Positions 35,201 to 43,970 of a stretch of DNA of 64,000 nt are shown here, piece after piece. Origin of the DNA: Ostrea edulis (taxonomy: Eukaryota). The notes below the pieces were generated by a model. The model made no database searches. It saw nothing but the letters and a program-made list of their open reading frames with translations, and was not told the origin of the DNA. The number at the start of each line of letters is the position of its first letter. The stretch's first letter is position 1. Made by a program: the position numbers and the translations under genes. The DNA is taken from positions 42,222,001 through 42,286,000 of the forward strand of contig NC_079173.1 of the NCBI RefSeq assembly GCF_947568905.1. The letters are read 5' to 3'.

Positions 35201-35714
35201 ATGTTTATGATGTTAAAATTATTGTCTTTGTTATTCACTGTACTCCGTGTTTTCTGGATAATAAATATTCTCAAAAATATGTATTTTATCTACATCTAAG
35301 TAGAATGAAATTTTGTTTCACTTCTGATACGAAATATAGATAATGAAATATGTGAAATTATGTGAGACTGTATTGTATGCAATGATCTCTTTTATAATTT
35401 TAAAGAAGATTTAGTCTTTTAAAATTTTGAGTTTTATACGGGGGAGGGGTTGGGGATGTCACAGAATGACAGTTATTATGTACATAGTTCTGTAATGTTA
35501 CCGTAGTACTAAGGAGACTTATCTCACTCCAGGCTCCTTGTGCTAGGTTCTTTAGAAATTATTTTATAGTGTGATTTTTTTTCACCTTACAGCGAAACCC
35601 ATCCGAGCCGGTCACACTCCAGCAGCATCGCCGGGGACTACAGGCATCCGTGGGGGAGGGGGAGGAGTCAATGGCCCCGCCCCTATCCGGCCGAAAATGG
35701 AGACAGAGTCCTAG
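833..35714 (+). CDS. Khc: Kinesin-1 heavy chain (KIF5/Khc orthologue), spliced gene, 23 coding exons in window; exon 1 (~40 aa) is upstream of the window
   Basis: Manual splicing gives 2787 nt = 928 aa + TAG. P-loop GQTSSGKT, switch I NEHSSRSH, switch II DLAGSE, coiled-coil stalk, tail [22 protein letters not shown] and IAK motif QIAKPIRAG. All introns GT-AG with matching phases. Confidence 0.98.
1079..1152 (+). CDS. Khc: Khc coding exon (P-loop)
   Basis: ttccag|(D)[24 protein letters not shown]|gtcaga; 74 nt. Confidence 0.97.
1545..1960. repeat. Minisatellite, ~85-100 bp x ~5
   Basis: gagtatgtacttataattctgtgtgttagtgtctctgag..gggtaggtgacgttatttt. Confidence 0.85.
1962..2456 (+). mobile_element. 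5'-truncated Helentron/HINE-like element
   Basis: tgaccttgacc internal repeats; 3' end gggggtattcttagtgagcattgctcacagtacctcttgtt shared with copies at 4672 and 45009. Confidence 0.7.
2914..3018 (+). CDS. Khc: Khc coding exon
   Basis: gtacag|[35 protein letters not shown]|gtatgt; 105 nt. Confidence 0.97.
2990..3630 (+). repeat. 56-58 bp tandem array copying an exon end and its 5' splice site
   Basis: AAG|GT at 3019 (real), 3075, 3131, 3187, 3245, 3301, 3357, 3413, 3471, 3529, 3585. Confidence 0.95.
4024..4072 (+). CDS. Khc: Khc coding exon
   Basis: tttcag|[16 protein letters not shown](I)|gtaagt; 49 nt. Confidence 0.97.
4189..5654 (+). mobile_element. Non-autonomous Helentron (HINE/DINE-1/Pearl-like)
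   Basis: 5' AGGTCACCTGA plus adjacent IR TCAGGTGACCT, internal tandem units, 3' subTIR TCAGGTGACCT, hairpin AGGCCCCTGGGCCT, CTTGTT end, in a T-run. Confidence 0.8.
4672..5132 (+). mobile_element. Second HINE-like element nested in 4189-5654
   Basis: Starts ttataacccccacaacaagttgtgg, has a (GTCC)n microsatellite, ends gtgagcattgctcacagtacctcttgtt; same family as 45009-45799. Confidence 0.8.
5940..6180. repeat. 24-bp minisatellite x ~10
   Basis: gaaatttctcaagcagaactgggt. Confidence 0.9.
6587..8558. mobile_element. Non-autonomous Tc1/mariner-like DNA transposon
   Basis: 27-bp TIR CAGTACCCG(C/T)AACGTTATTCTTGACAT, TA TSD, subterminal GATAGGATACACGCAC repeats, no ORF. Confidence 0.85.
8646..8701 (+). 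CDS. Khc: Khc coding exon
   Basis: taacag|(I)[18 protein letters not shown]|gtaatg; 56 nt. Confidence 0.97.
8710..8950. repeat. 24-bp compound (CTGT)/(GT) repeat
   Basis: catctgtctgtctgtatgtgtgt. Confidence 0.9.
9393..9480 (+). CDS. Khc: Khc coding exon
   Basis: tcacag|[29 protein letters not shown](N)|gtaagt; 88 nt. Confidence 0.97.
9530..9770. repeat. 13-15 bp minisatellite
   Basis: gttgacatcagt(a/g)a. Confidence 0.85.
9899..10365. repeat. 47-bp minisatellite x ~10
   Basis: tgtcaaatcgtgaaccattaaatttacgaaccgtgaccagactctgt. Confidence 0.92.
10482..11243. mobile_element. Degenerate hAT-like MITE
   Basis: CAGGGTTCCAA ... TTGGAACCTTG termini; ATATTATA on both flanks (right copy offset 2 nt). 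Confidence 0.55.
11355..11921. repeat. Two-module minisatellite ending at a Khc acceptor
   Basis: gaattaaggtgtgtgtgtagttatt +/- tggtggtttgttta; the last copy is tttgtttacag|. Confidence 0.9.
11922..12046 (+). CDS. Khc: Khc coding exon (switch I and II)
   Basis: ttacag|(N)[41 protein letters not shown]|gtacgt; 125 nt. Confidence 0.97.
12255..12450 (+). mobile_element. Degenerate tRNA-headed SINE
   Basis: A-box-like tggtgcagtggttag and body resembling the 44725/51768 copies. Confidence 0.4.
13228..13332 (+). CDS. Khc: Khc coding exon
   Basis: ttgtag|[35 protein letters not shown]|gtaagt; 105 nt. Confidence 0.97.
13345..13525. repeat. 17-bp minisatellite
   Basis: cctgtctaatccgacaa. Confidence 0.8.
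13672..14402. mobile_element. Unclassified inverted-repeat element hosting a nested MITE
   Basis: Perfect 16-bp IR GTATAACCTGGTTTGG / CCAAACCAGGTTATAC. Confidence 0.65.
13931..14352. mobile_element. MITE with 6-bp TSD
   Basis: Perfect 15-bp TIR CAGTCTATGCGAAAG; TAATAG directly on both flanks. Confidence 0.85.
14722..14989 (+). mobile_element. SINE-like retroelement, non-tRNA structured head, (TCAA)n tail
   Basis: 11-bp TSD AAGTTGTAGGT; near-identical copies at 47641, 49581 and 57982(-). Confidence 0.88.
15290..15740. repeat. ~64-bp array of acceptor-like units ending at the real acceptor
   Basis: tatttgtttctacag|atattt repeated ~7 times. Confidence 0.9.
15741..15889 (+). CDS. Khc: Khc coding exon
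   Basis: ctacag|[49 protein letters not shown](R)|gtaagt; 149 nt. Confidence 0.97.
16770..17560. repeat. 28-bp minisatellite with diverged flanks
   Basis: gatagtctcacatttacagtaacatctc. Confidence 0.92.
17670..17818 (+). CDS. Khc: Khc coding exon (neck linker / neck coil)
   Basis: tgatag|(R)[49 protein letters not shown](G)|gtaagt; 149 nt. Confidence 0.97.
18235..19194. mobile_element. PIF/Harbinger-like MITE
   Basis: 16-bp TIR GGG(C/T)TATTCCAGAAAT, TTA TSD. Confidence 0.8.
19231..19409 (+). CDS. Khc: Khc coding exon (hinge 1)
   Basis: gtgtag|(G)[12 protein letters not shown]...[14 protein letters not shown]|gtcagt; 179 nt. Confidence 0.95.
19598..20038. mobile_element. hAT-like MITE
   Basis: TAGGGCTGAAACGA ... 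TCGTTTCAAACCTA; 8-bp TSD CTAT(C/T)ATG. Confidence 0.75.
20362..20517 (+). CDS. Khc: Khc coding exon (coil 1)
   Basis: tttcag|[24 protein letters not shown]...DNDSAKDE|gtaacg; 156 nt. Confidence 0.96.
20525..21370. repeat. ~23-bp minisatellite starting at a Khc donor
   Basis: aacaaacatttcctctctcagca. Confidence 0.9.
21850..22650. repeat. 32-35 bp minisatellite x ~24
   Basis: ctctatctcacatagttctactctgtcttgaggt. Confidence 0.93.
22940..23059 (+). CDS. Khc: Khc coding exon
   Basis: ttatag|[40 protein letters not shown]|gtacat; 120 nt. Confidence 0.96.
23180..23310 (+). mobile_element. ~130 bp insert carrying the hammerhead (probable Penelope pseudo-LTR/retrozyme fragment)
   Basis: Interrupts a 27-bp tandem array; ATGACTGA on both sides (TSD or repeat unit). 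Confidence 0.55.
23233..23285 (+). ncRNA. Minimal type I hammerhead ribozyme (Penelope/retrozyme type)
   Basis: Stem I GCATCA/TGATGC (extended TTGA/TCAA), core CTGAAGA, stem II GACA-TTATT-TGTC, GAAA, 2-bp stem III with palindromic ATGCGCAT, AUC cleavage triplet (cut after 23274). Confidence 0.88.
23582..23731 (+). CDS. Khc: Khc coding exon
   Basis: ttacag|[50 protein letters not shown]|gtatgg; 150 nt. Confidence 0.93.
23859..24050 (+). CDS. Khc: Khc coding exon
   Basis: tttcag|[28 protein letters not shown]...[11 protein letters not shown]|gtatat; 192 nt. Confidence 0.94.
24030..25470 (+). repeat. 48-bp array derived from an exon end/donor, ~30 copies
   Basis: caagctgaccatacaacagttatattgactgggtagtttacaatctga. 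Confidence 0.95.
25780..26380. mobile_element. Degenerate HINE-like remnant
   Basis: Repeated aacccctttgcttgacagacatcaaacttg / ggtcaagggtcaaa units. Confidence 0.45.
27085..27202 (+). CDS. Khc: Khc coding exon
   Basis: ctgcag|[39 protein letters not shown](E)|gtacga; 118 nt. Confidence 0.94.
27170..27690 (+). repeat. Higher-order array copying an exon end and donor
   Basis: 25-bp taacgatcaggtggagataatcgct monomers plus 3 copies of gatgttgaagatggaag|gtacg. Confidence 0.9.
27750..29311 (+). mobile_element. Non-autonomous Helentron (HINE-like) with central tandem repeats
   Basis: 5' GCTCTTCTGAGC..GCTCAAAGAGC; ~7 internal units with AAAAAGTAGGTCACCGTGACCTACTT palindrome; 3' AGAAGAGC, hairpin AGGCCCTTGGGCCT, CTTGTT. 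Confidence 0.82.
29624..29810 (+). CDS. Khc: Khc coding exon
   Basis: gaacag|(E)[11 protein letters not shown]...[33 protein letters not shown](D)|gtacgt; 187 nt. Confidence 0.95.
29795..30390 (+). repeat. ~26-bp array seeded at an exon donor
   Basis: cagctcaaaga|gtacgtatctcata, degenerating to cagctcagagt(c/a)tgtatctcatagaa. Confidence 0.9.
30775..30937 (+). CDS. Khc: Khc coding exon
   Basis: ttatag|(D)[20 protein letters not shown]...[17 protein letters not shown]|gtaagt; 163 nt. Confidence 0.96.
30895..31310 (+). repeat. ~60-bp diverged array copying an exon end and donor
   Basis: gagcaggcaaagcaggacctcaaaggcctcgaggagacagtg|gtaagt copies. Confidence 0.85.
31595..31666 (+). CDS. Khc: Khc coding exon (light-chain binding region)
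   Basis: tttcag|[24 protein letters not shown]|gtcagt; 72 nt. Confidence 0.97.
31700..31870. repeat. ~40-bp minisatellite x 4
   Basis: aattaaggag..cattgtccattctgtgtat. Confidence 0.8.
32120..32385 (+). repeat. 40-bp array copying an acceptor and exon start
   Basis: tgttacag|tcagccaataagaagg at 32161, 32201, 32241, 32281, 32321, 32361 (real). Confidence 0.93.
32369..32485 (+). CDS. Khc: Khc coding exon
   Basis: ttacag|[39 protein letters not shown]|gtaaga; 117 nt. Confidence 0.96.
32590..32910. repeat. ~22-bp A-rich minisatellite
   Basis: aaaagtttgtaaaaagtgatga. Confidence 0.85.
33011..33929. mobile_element. hAT-like non-autonomous element
   Basis: TIR TAGGGGTGAAAC / GTTTCACCCCTA; perfect 8-bp TSD GTAAATAA. 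Confidence 0.85.
34097..34233 (+). CDS. Khc: Khc coding exon (cargo-binding tail coil)
   Basis: tttcag|[45 protein letters not shown](R)|gtaagg; 137 nt. Confidence 0.97.
34220..34450 (+). repeat. 40-42 bp array copying an exon end and donor
   Basis: gagacaggaagag|gtaaggaatt x ~5. Confidence 0.9.
34630..34976 (+). repeat. 29-bp array copying an acceptor
   Basis: tgtattggaacattgacag|atatca x ~11; the last copy is the real acceptor. Confidence 0.93.
34971..35056 (+). CDS. Khc: Khc coding exon
   Basis: tgacag|(R)[28 protein letters not shown](A)|gtgagt; 86 nt. Confidence 0.96.
35593..35714 (+). CDS. Khc: Khc last coding exon (IAK motif, stop)
   Basis: ttacag|(A)[39 protein letters not shown]; GTAAGT donor at 35726, 11 nt after TAG. 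Confidence 0.95.
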
Positions 35715-36299
35715 GCCGAACTAATGTAAGTGGGATTTAAAATCACCGTACCAAATACCATTAATCTAAGTATCATAAAATCAGAGTCCCAGACTTAGAG
35801 TATTACTTAAGAAACCAATAAGCGTCTTAAAAACTTCACTGGGTTATGAAGTAAGGCAGTCACATGATCAAAGCCAGAAGGGTTAACTTTCTCGTTAGAT
35901 TTAATCACGTATTGCATCGTTTCATATTCCTGTGAAGTTTTTAAAAGGGTTGTTCATTACTTGCATATGCTTCTGAGATGAATAGGCCATTTCAGAATAC
36001 GAGACTAACCACCTGCCATATTCCATAATGTGTGACCCAAAAAACAAAGTGAGAGTGGCTGAAATCTGTGGGTTAACATTAGCTGAGTTACTAGTATTGA
36101 ATGAGGATTTCTGTTGTCGTTTTTGAGAAAGCTTATTTGTATTGATAATGTGTAGATGTGAATTTGAGATTGCTGTTAGGGACAAAGTAGAAGGGGGCTC
36201 ATTCAATATATAACTTGTGTTTTATTGACAGGCAGAGTAAACTATGTTTTGTTGACAGGCAGATTTAATTATGATCCTGTGAATCGTTTTCTACACTAC

Positions 36300-36970
36300 T
36301 TATATATCCACGTTACACCCGTGCTGTGTGTTAGAAATCCATGTTACACCCGTGCTGTGTGTTATATCCATGTTACACCCTTGCTGTGTGTTAGAAATCC
36401 ATGTTACACCCGTGCTGTGTGTTAGATGTCCACGTTACACCCGTGCTGTGTATTAGATATCCATGTTACACCCATGCTGTGTATTAGATGTCCATGTTAC
36501 ACCCGTGCTGTGTATTAGATATCCATGTTACACCCGTGCTGTGTGTTAGATGTCCATGTTACACCCGTGCTGTGTGTTAGATATCCATGTTACACCCATG
36601 CTGTGTGTTAGATGTCCATGTTACACCCGTGCTGTGTGTTATATCCATGTTACACCCGTGCTGTGTGTTAGAAATCCATGTTACACCCGTGCTGTGTGTT
36701 AGATGTCCATGTTACACCCGTGCTGTGTGTTAAATATCCATGTTACACCCGTGCTGTGTGTTAGATATCCATGTTACACCCATGCTGTGTGTTAGATGTC
36801 CATGTTACACCCGTGCTGTGTGTTATATCCATGTTACACCCGTGCTGTGTGTTAGAAATCCATGTTACACCCGTGCTGTGTGTTAGATGTCCATGTTACA
36901 CCCGTGCTGTGTGTTAAATATCCATGTTACACCCGTGCTGTGTGTTAAATATCCATGTTACACACTTGCT
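36300..36970. repeat. 29-31 bp minisatellite x ~22
   Basis: atccatgttacacccgtgctgtgtgttagat. Confidence 0.93.
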
Positions 36971-37086
36971 ATGTGTTTTTCAAGATCAATGTGCCTGCTT
37001 CAAACAGGCTTTTATAACCGGAGACCATACCACTTACCACCCCCTCTAAGAACTAAATATTTTGCTTTGTTATGTTAATGTAAGAA

Positions 37087-37419
37087 AGGAATACACGTAT
37101 CAACACTTCGCGAAAGTTACGTCCCTTGTCCGCCATCTCCCGGATAAAAATCGTATTTCCCTACGTTGGCCTTTGTAATTTTCCTATCTGTAGCTTTAAC
37201 ATCTGTTATTTTTCCATCAATTGCAGTCAACTACAATATGCCCCAGATTGGGGCAACCCATTAACTTGTATGAAAACTTGGTAATTGGCTAAAATTCAAA
37301 GTAATAACATCTTACATTTGGTAAGGTAAAGAAGGAAAACTGGGTTTTTCACCGATTGACCTTTGGCTGACCCCGCAAAGGGACGTAACTTGCGGCGAAG
37401 TGTTGATACGTGTATTCCT
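37087..37419. mobile_element. MITE with ~43-bp TIR
   Basis: AGGAATACACGTATCAACACTTCGC..AAGTTACGTCCCTT inverted at both ends; TSD not evident. Confidence 0.8.
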
Positions 37420-37439
37420 CAAAATTATGTGCATATATA

Positions 37440-37670
37440 TTATAATTAAAATGATATTTATGTTGACAAGGTTAGATAAATATTAAAATGATATTTATGT
37501 TGACAAGGTTAGATAAATATTAAAATGAAAGTTATGATGACAAGGTTAGATAAATATTAAAATGATATTTATGTTGACAAGGTTAGATAAATATTAAAAT
37601 GATAGTTATGATGACAAGGTTAGATAAATATTAAAATGATATTTATGTTGACAAGATTAAATAAATTTCA
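37440..37670. repeat. 37-bp minisatellite
   Basis: aaatattaaaatgatatttatgttgacaaggttagat. Confidence 0.9.
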
Positions 37671-37914
37671 TGAGTCTACATTCTTTACCTCACATTGTGT
37701 GGATATTACACAAAGCAAAATTTCTGTTATCACTTATAAATGTGTGATTTGAAGTTTAATTCAAGAATGAAAGTAATTTTTATAGGATATAAAAGGGGTT
37801 GGGTTAATTTATGCTTTATCAATAGCAAAACGATTCAGAAACAAGTATAAAGTTTCCCATAGTATCATTTAAGATGAGTAGAAATTGTTTTCATTGCCTA
37901 TGATTAGATGTAAA

Positions 37915-38090
37915 ATGAATTTAATTTTATGTAACATAGTAAATAATTCTAAAGAAAATATGAATTTTATGTAACATAATAAATAATTCTAAAGAAAATA
38001 TGAATTTTATGTAACATAATAAATAATTCTAAAGAAAATATTAATTTTATGTAACGTAGTGAGTAATTCTAAAGAAAATGTGAATTTTAT
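37915..38090. repeat. 40-bp minisatellite x 4
   Basis: aattttatgtaacataataaataattctaaagaaaatatg. Confidence 0.88.
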
Positions 38091-38406
38091 GATATTACTG
38101 TAGCACGAAAATGAAAACAGGAGCAAAATATATTGTGACATCATCCCTAGAACGTCATGTGGCATGATTTAATGTCAACTCAGTCTATACGATATAAAGA
38201 ATATTGATTGCGTCAAATGATCCTATCAAATTGTGTCACTTTACCTGTGAAATTTAATTGTGAAACAAGAACTATACAGTGTACATAACAATTGGTTTTT
38301 TTTGCTGTTTTTTTTTTTTACATAAGAGATTTAGAAATTTCATTGCGGAGTTTTTACGATGGAATTTATGAAATATGAATTATATTTTACTATGTCAGTG
38401 ATTTAA

Positions 38407-38730
38407 GGAGGTACTCTACATCATCATAATATAATGGCTGGCTTCCTTTAAAAACATGGAGGAAAAAAATTAATATCAGCAATATTTCACTTTTTCTTTT
38501 CAATTTAAATACTTAGCCGAGTAGCTCAGTAGGTTAACATACTGACTGCTGAACTGTAGGTCGCAGGTTCGAGATCAGTAGGGGTTTTAAAAATTTTTAC
38601 GATTATCTTCTACTAAAACTGTATTTTTTGACAAAATAAAGTAAATTTGAAAAATTTTAACTTCAAATTATTGTTGTACATATCCTCCACTTTTCATCTA
38701 CATCAAATTTCTCTGGTGTAGCATACCTCC
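38407..38730. mobile_element. TTAA-inserting MITE (Kolobok-like) with an internal tRNA-like segment
   Basis: TTAA TSD; TIR GGAGGTA..CTACA.CA; tRNA-like stretch 38514-38585; degenerate reverse copy at ~46125-46334. Confidence 0.75.
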
Positions 38731-38790
38731 TTAAATAGATCAAGGAGTTAACTATATAGATGGTATAATTTTTGTAATTTTTTTTTCCAG

Positions 38791-40067
38791 ATGTTCACTG
38801 TGTTTTGTTTACAAGCCTTTTGAAGAGGAGATTATTCCATTTTGAACAAACATTGACTTCTTTCAAAGGGAAAAAACTGAGTCTTCTTGCTTAGACTTCA
38901 TAGCATGCCGACCAGAGGTCAAAGGTCATCCATTTAGTACAGATGAAATGCATGATTGTATAGCTTATAGTAGATTCATTATGAAGCCATTATGTCAATA
39001 AGAAAAAGAAGTTGATTGTTGTGTAGAGAAATTTGACATTAGTCTCGTTAGATAGCTGGGTATAGTTTACAGGTAATCAGACCTAGTGCTTTGGTGTAAG
39101 GAATCCTGACTGTTCTACTTAGATCCCAACTTCTGACCTCAGTTTCAAGAAACTATTGTCCTTGTTGTTTTAGTTGTGGAAAAAATTGGGGAAGGGGGGG
39201 GGGGGGTCATCAATTACATGAACTATCACAAAATGTAAATTTTAAAATCTGGTTTTACAATCCGATAAAATTACACACTGTTAAAAGGTTCCCAAATGGA
39301 TATATTTCAGACCTCAAACAGAGATTTCATTTCACACTCCCAAACTGAGATTCGATTTCGCACTCCCAAATAAAGATTTGATTTCACACTCCCTAACAAA
39401 GATTTAATTTCACATTCCCAAATAAAGATTTCATTTCACACTCCCAAACAAAGATTGATTTCATACTCTGGCTACACAGGACTCGGTCGGGGCTGACTTC
39501 ACAAAGACAAGTCATTTATAGGAATCAACAAGCATAACACTGGCGTTCTTTACATTAATCCAGTTTGGATTTGTCCATCTAAAAAGGTATGAGCTTGTAT
39601 TTACAAAACTGAATTCTCTATTCACAATTTTCAGTTCGCATATATGTATTTCAGTGTAAGGAAAAAGTATAGAAGTTGGTTGATGAGAATGAATTGGAAA
39701 ATTAGCTTTTTCTGATAATGATGCAGAGTTGTGATTTGTCTTGCATCCAGAATTTGAGGAATATGATAAATCAATTGAGAAATGCTAAACCATTGCCAGA
39801 GGAGTGCAGTGTTGAAGTGTAAAAGTCTTTTGGATCTGATGGTTTATATTGTAGAAAGGGTTAAGCAATATAGGAATTTGTGTAATCATTGTGAGAGGAC
39901 AGCATTTAAATACTGGAGTGAGGAAGTTGTTTTCTGTGAGATTTGAATCCAAAAACAAGATAAGAAAGTCAATGATGTTGGGTGTCAGGTGGATGTGCTT
40001 TGTCAGTGTATGAAAACCAGAAGTGAAGTTGAAGTTGATATTAAGCATGTAATGTACATGGTCTGTT

Positions 40068-40099
<32 letters not shown>

Positions 40100-43000
40100 A
40101 GGGAAGACTGGTGAATGTGAGCACTACTAACATGGGTTATAGAAATGCTGAAAGGGGTGGATGGGTGTTCAAATACACAAAAGGGAGTTCTCTTTGTTTT
40201 GGTTTCCCTGCTAGTAAATTCACATTCCTATCATTGCATGTGTTTTCGAGAAGAAAAATCTGTATTTAAATTGGTGTGTAGGTTTCCATGGTTACCAGAT
40301 AACTGCATACAGTCGACAGCGTAGCCCAGATAATGTGGTCAATTTTTCCTCAAGCTTTTCTTTCCGGAAATAGAGCTTTCCAAGATAGTAACAGAATCGA
40401 TATTGACTGATAATGATGTCAGTATCTTAGTAACTCAGTGTATATTGACTGATTATGATGTCAATATTATAAGACAAGTTAACAATCAAAGATTTATTAA
40501 GGTCCAATGCCCCTCTGAGACAAAAGATAACCACTACAATACTTTGTTTGAAATAATAGTCACTCTCAACGTTAAAATTTGGTCATACTGTACATGCAGG
40601 ATTGGATTTTTATTTTTTATTTTTTGTGTGCTAAAAATGAGAACTAGTAAAAGAAGTTATAACTTGAGGGGCATTTCACTTTACAATGTAGTTAATGGTG
40701 GAAATAATACGGCTCTGGCTCTGTTAAAGGAAAGGGGAGATTAATCCGAGGGGAAGGAACTGTCCACAAATGTTGACCCAGAACGCCCTTTAGGGGGAAC
40801 ATTTGGCTGTGGTAAGAGAAATGCTCAAGTGTTACAGAGGTGGTCAGATGTTTAAAGGGGCTACAACCATTAATTAAATTCAATTCAATTCGAATGCAGT
40901 CATTGCAGTGTTGTACAGGAGTGGCATCATTTTATATTGATTGATGTAACAGACATCTTGATTGTTGATGTCCTCTCAAAACATAGTTTGACCTGGTGCA
41001 GATATTTGTCGCCTAATTTTGAAATGTCTTTTGACATTTATAGGAGTTATGAGATTGATCACTGTTTCGTTGTCTTCTCCTTACAACTGTGTAGGTTTGT
41101 TAAAATCATTTCAAATCTAGGATTTCCCAAGATGAGGTAAGTCTGGTCTTTCTGTGAAGATTGTTAACAGCCCTAAATGTCTCACTGTTGTGTGTCTCTG
41201 TAGCCAGAGTCTGAAGTCATAAGAAATCCCTGTACATGTAATTCACTAGTGACAGTGATGTATATGGGAGGCGTACAAACAGGACTGCTCTGGATAAGAG
41301 TAGAAATCCCTGTACATGTAGTTCACTAGTGACAGTGATGTATATTGGAGGCGTACAAACAGGACTGCTCTGGATAAGAGTATTTGCTGATACAGGTTTA
41401 TATTTAGCCTGTACTGCAGTCTCCTGGGTGGGGGGGGGGGGGGGTCAGAAAATTCTAAAGGAGAGAGGTTTACAACCCAAGATAGCAAAGTTTCTGGCAG
41501 TGGGGGTGTTAACAGCACATGATAATGACTTCTTTCTGTGATAAGTTTTAAATCTACCACTGATAATGAGAAAGTCTATCAGAGAAAGATCACAGTTTGT
41601 ATTTGAACTTGGCATGTAAATCAATAGCTTCATGAACCCATGCTAGGAAATTAATTTTTTTGTAGATATGGTCCACTTACTAAGAAACAGAAATCTGAAC
41701 AAAATGAAATGTTGGGGGTATTTTCTTTTTTTAAGGAGATGTACTGTGTGTATAAAAATAAGTGTTCATTGCCTTGGTGAGGCGTTTTATGTTTTTTGTT
41801 TTAAATTATTTGAAGTTGCAACTTCTTCCACGTGTATTGGCACGGTGAAGTCTTTCATTTTGTGTATGTAGAAGGAAAATTGTGTTCTGATAATTTGCCT
41901 TGTAAATATCAAACGATGCTACTAAGTTTGTCTTGTAGATACTGCATAAAAAAATAAATATGATGGAAACAAGTATAGCTTTTTACACACACACACATCA
42001 CATGCATGTATTTGTAAAAATGTATGCAGAAATATTCACATAGTTTGATTTTTCAGTTCAAGGGTGATGGTTGAAAACTTCCTTCATTTTCTAATTTGTC
42101 AGGTGTCTCTTAAATGACTATCAGTGAGCCGCTTTGTGTATTGTTTATAGTTAAGAACTTTTAAATTTGTGTCATTTTGTAAATTTCAAATTCTCTCCAG
42201 CTATATGAAGGATGTGTCCTATATACATGTACACACTACATAACTAGAAAGTGACATTAATTATTGATATAGCTTACTAGAAAGTGACATTAATTATTGA
42301 TATAGCTTACTAGAAAGTGACTTTAATTATTGAGATAGCTTACTAGAAAGTGACATTAATTATCGCTGTAGCTTACTATAAAGTGACATCATTAATTATT
42401 GCTGTATATTATTAGAAAGTGACATCATTAATTATTACTGTATATTACAAAAATTAATTATTACTGTATATTACAAAATGTGACATCATTAAGAATTTGT
42501 TTACAGTATAGCAATACTTTGTTTACAGTGTAGCGCTAGACTTTGTTTACAGTATAGCAAAACTTTGTTTACAGTATAGCAAGACTTTCCATCTCTTAAC
42601 ATTGAACTTAACAATGCTTAAGGAGCTTACCTGTGTCCAGCAGTTTATTGACATTAGCTTTGTGGCGATGTTTGTACTGCTACAGATTTGTGGCGATGTT
42701 TGTACTGCTACAGATTTGTGGCGATGTTTGTTATATGTATGTGTCTGCAATCCACATCTGATATGATAAATTTGATGACAGTCACTGCTTTTTACTTCTA
42801 TCGACAATATGACCGTATGTTAATGTACAGTAAAATATTGTTATAATAAATCCCCATATAACGAATTACGGCTTATAATGAAACAGGCAAATTGCATTAA
42901 AGCAGAGAGATGAGAAACCCTTTTATAATGAATTTCTGCTTGTAACAAATCACAATATACTGTAATGCACGCTTAATGAATACTGCTTATAATTATTATA

Positions 43001-43970
43001 CAGTAAAACAGGGGGGAAAATATACCTACTCTTAATGAATTCCTGTGTTTTATTGATCAAATATTGCTTATAGTTATTATACAGCTTACAGTAAAGTAGG
43101 CCATAAACGTACTCTGCTGCGTTTTATTGAAGTAAGCAATGCACAATTATAATGAATTGCTTGTTTATAATGAAACGGGCAATAAATAGTTATAATGACT
43201 TATTACTTATAATGAAATAGACAATATACAGTAAAACAGATATAACCTGCTGGTGATGAATTTCTAACATACTGAGATAGTAGCGAGGTACTTTGTTTGT
43301 AATTATACACTGTAGTAGGACATGAATACCAAGAACCCCGCATTAATGAAGAAGTACTTACAATGAATATCTGTATTTAACAAATTATAGAAAACACAAT
43401 TGGACATAATGAATTATGCTTTTTTAAAAATCATCAAGATCAGATTCCCAGCACTATAAGTGTGTTGTCATTATGTAGATATTGTGGACTAGTGCCGTTG
43501 TAATATCACTATATGTTGACTGGTTTGTGCAATAATTCAAGATTCTCAGGAGAGCTTGCAGAGTCATTCGGATAAAATGGGATCTGCTTTAATGTGTTGG
43601 TACTAGGAAATAATGTTTATAGACATAGTACTTGGGCAGAATGTTTGTGTGTGTAGCACACACTTTTATTTGATGCACAACAGACACCTCATAGCTTTTT
43701 ATAAGTCACAGTAACAGATGTTTCTTGTATTTAGTTGGGTTTTTTTTTTTTTTTTGGCCGACATTTTGTGAACAATGTTATGTGACTTTTTTTTGTGAAA
43801 TGTACTTCCGATTTCAATAAATTGATTGATACATTAGCAGTTTAGTGATTGTTCCTCCAGTGTAGTTGTAAGACCGCCTTCATCATTACATGCAGTGTAG
43901 TTCAATCAGAATTAGAAACGCTTTTCACTGGATATTACAAAACTGTAAATAAACCTTCATATAAGACTAC
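38791..43970 (+). other. Probable non-coding terminal exon / long 3'UTR of Khc
   Basis: Strong acceptor ttttttttccag| at 38790 downstream of the post-stop donor. Unique, TE-poor AU-rich sequence. AATAAA at 41953, 43816 and 43948. Inferred, no transcript evidence. Confidence 0.55.
43816..43821 (+). terminator. Candidate polyadenylation signal of Khc (alternatives at 41953 and 43948)
   Basis: AATAAA followed by GT/T-rich sequence near the end of the TE-poor region. Confidence 0.4.

Noticed and set aside
36220-36300. Duplicated acceptor-like ttgacag|gcaga as an extra Khc exon
   Set aside because: No convincing donor or meaningful reading frame follows; it runs into a minisatellite.
40066-40095. 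Long G or C homopolymers (also ~25675 and ~52918) as functional G-quadruplexes
   Set aside because: Simple homopolymer runs of unreliable length with no supporting context.
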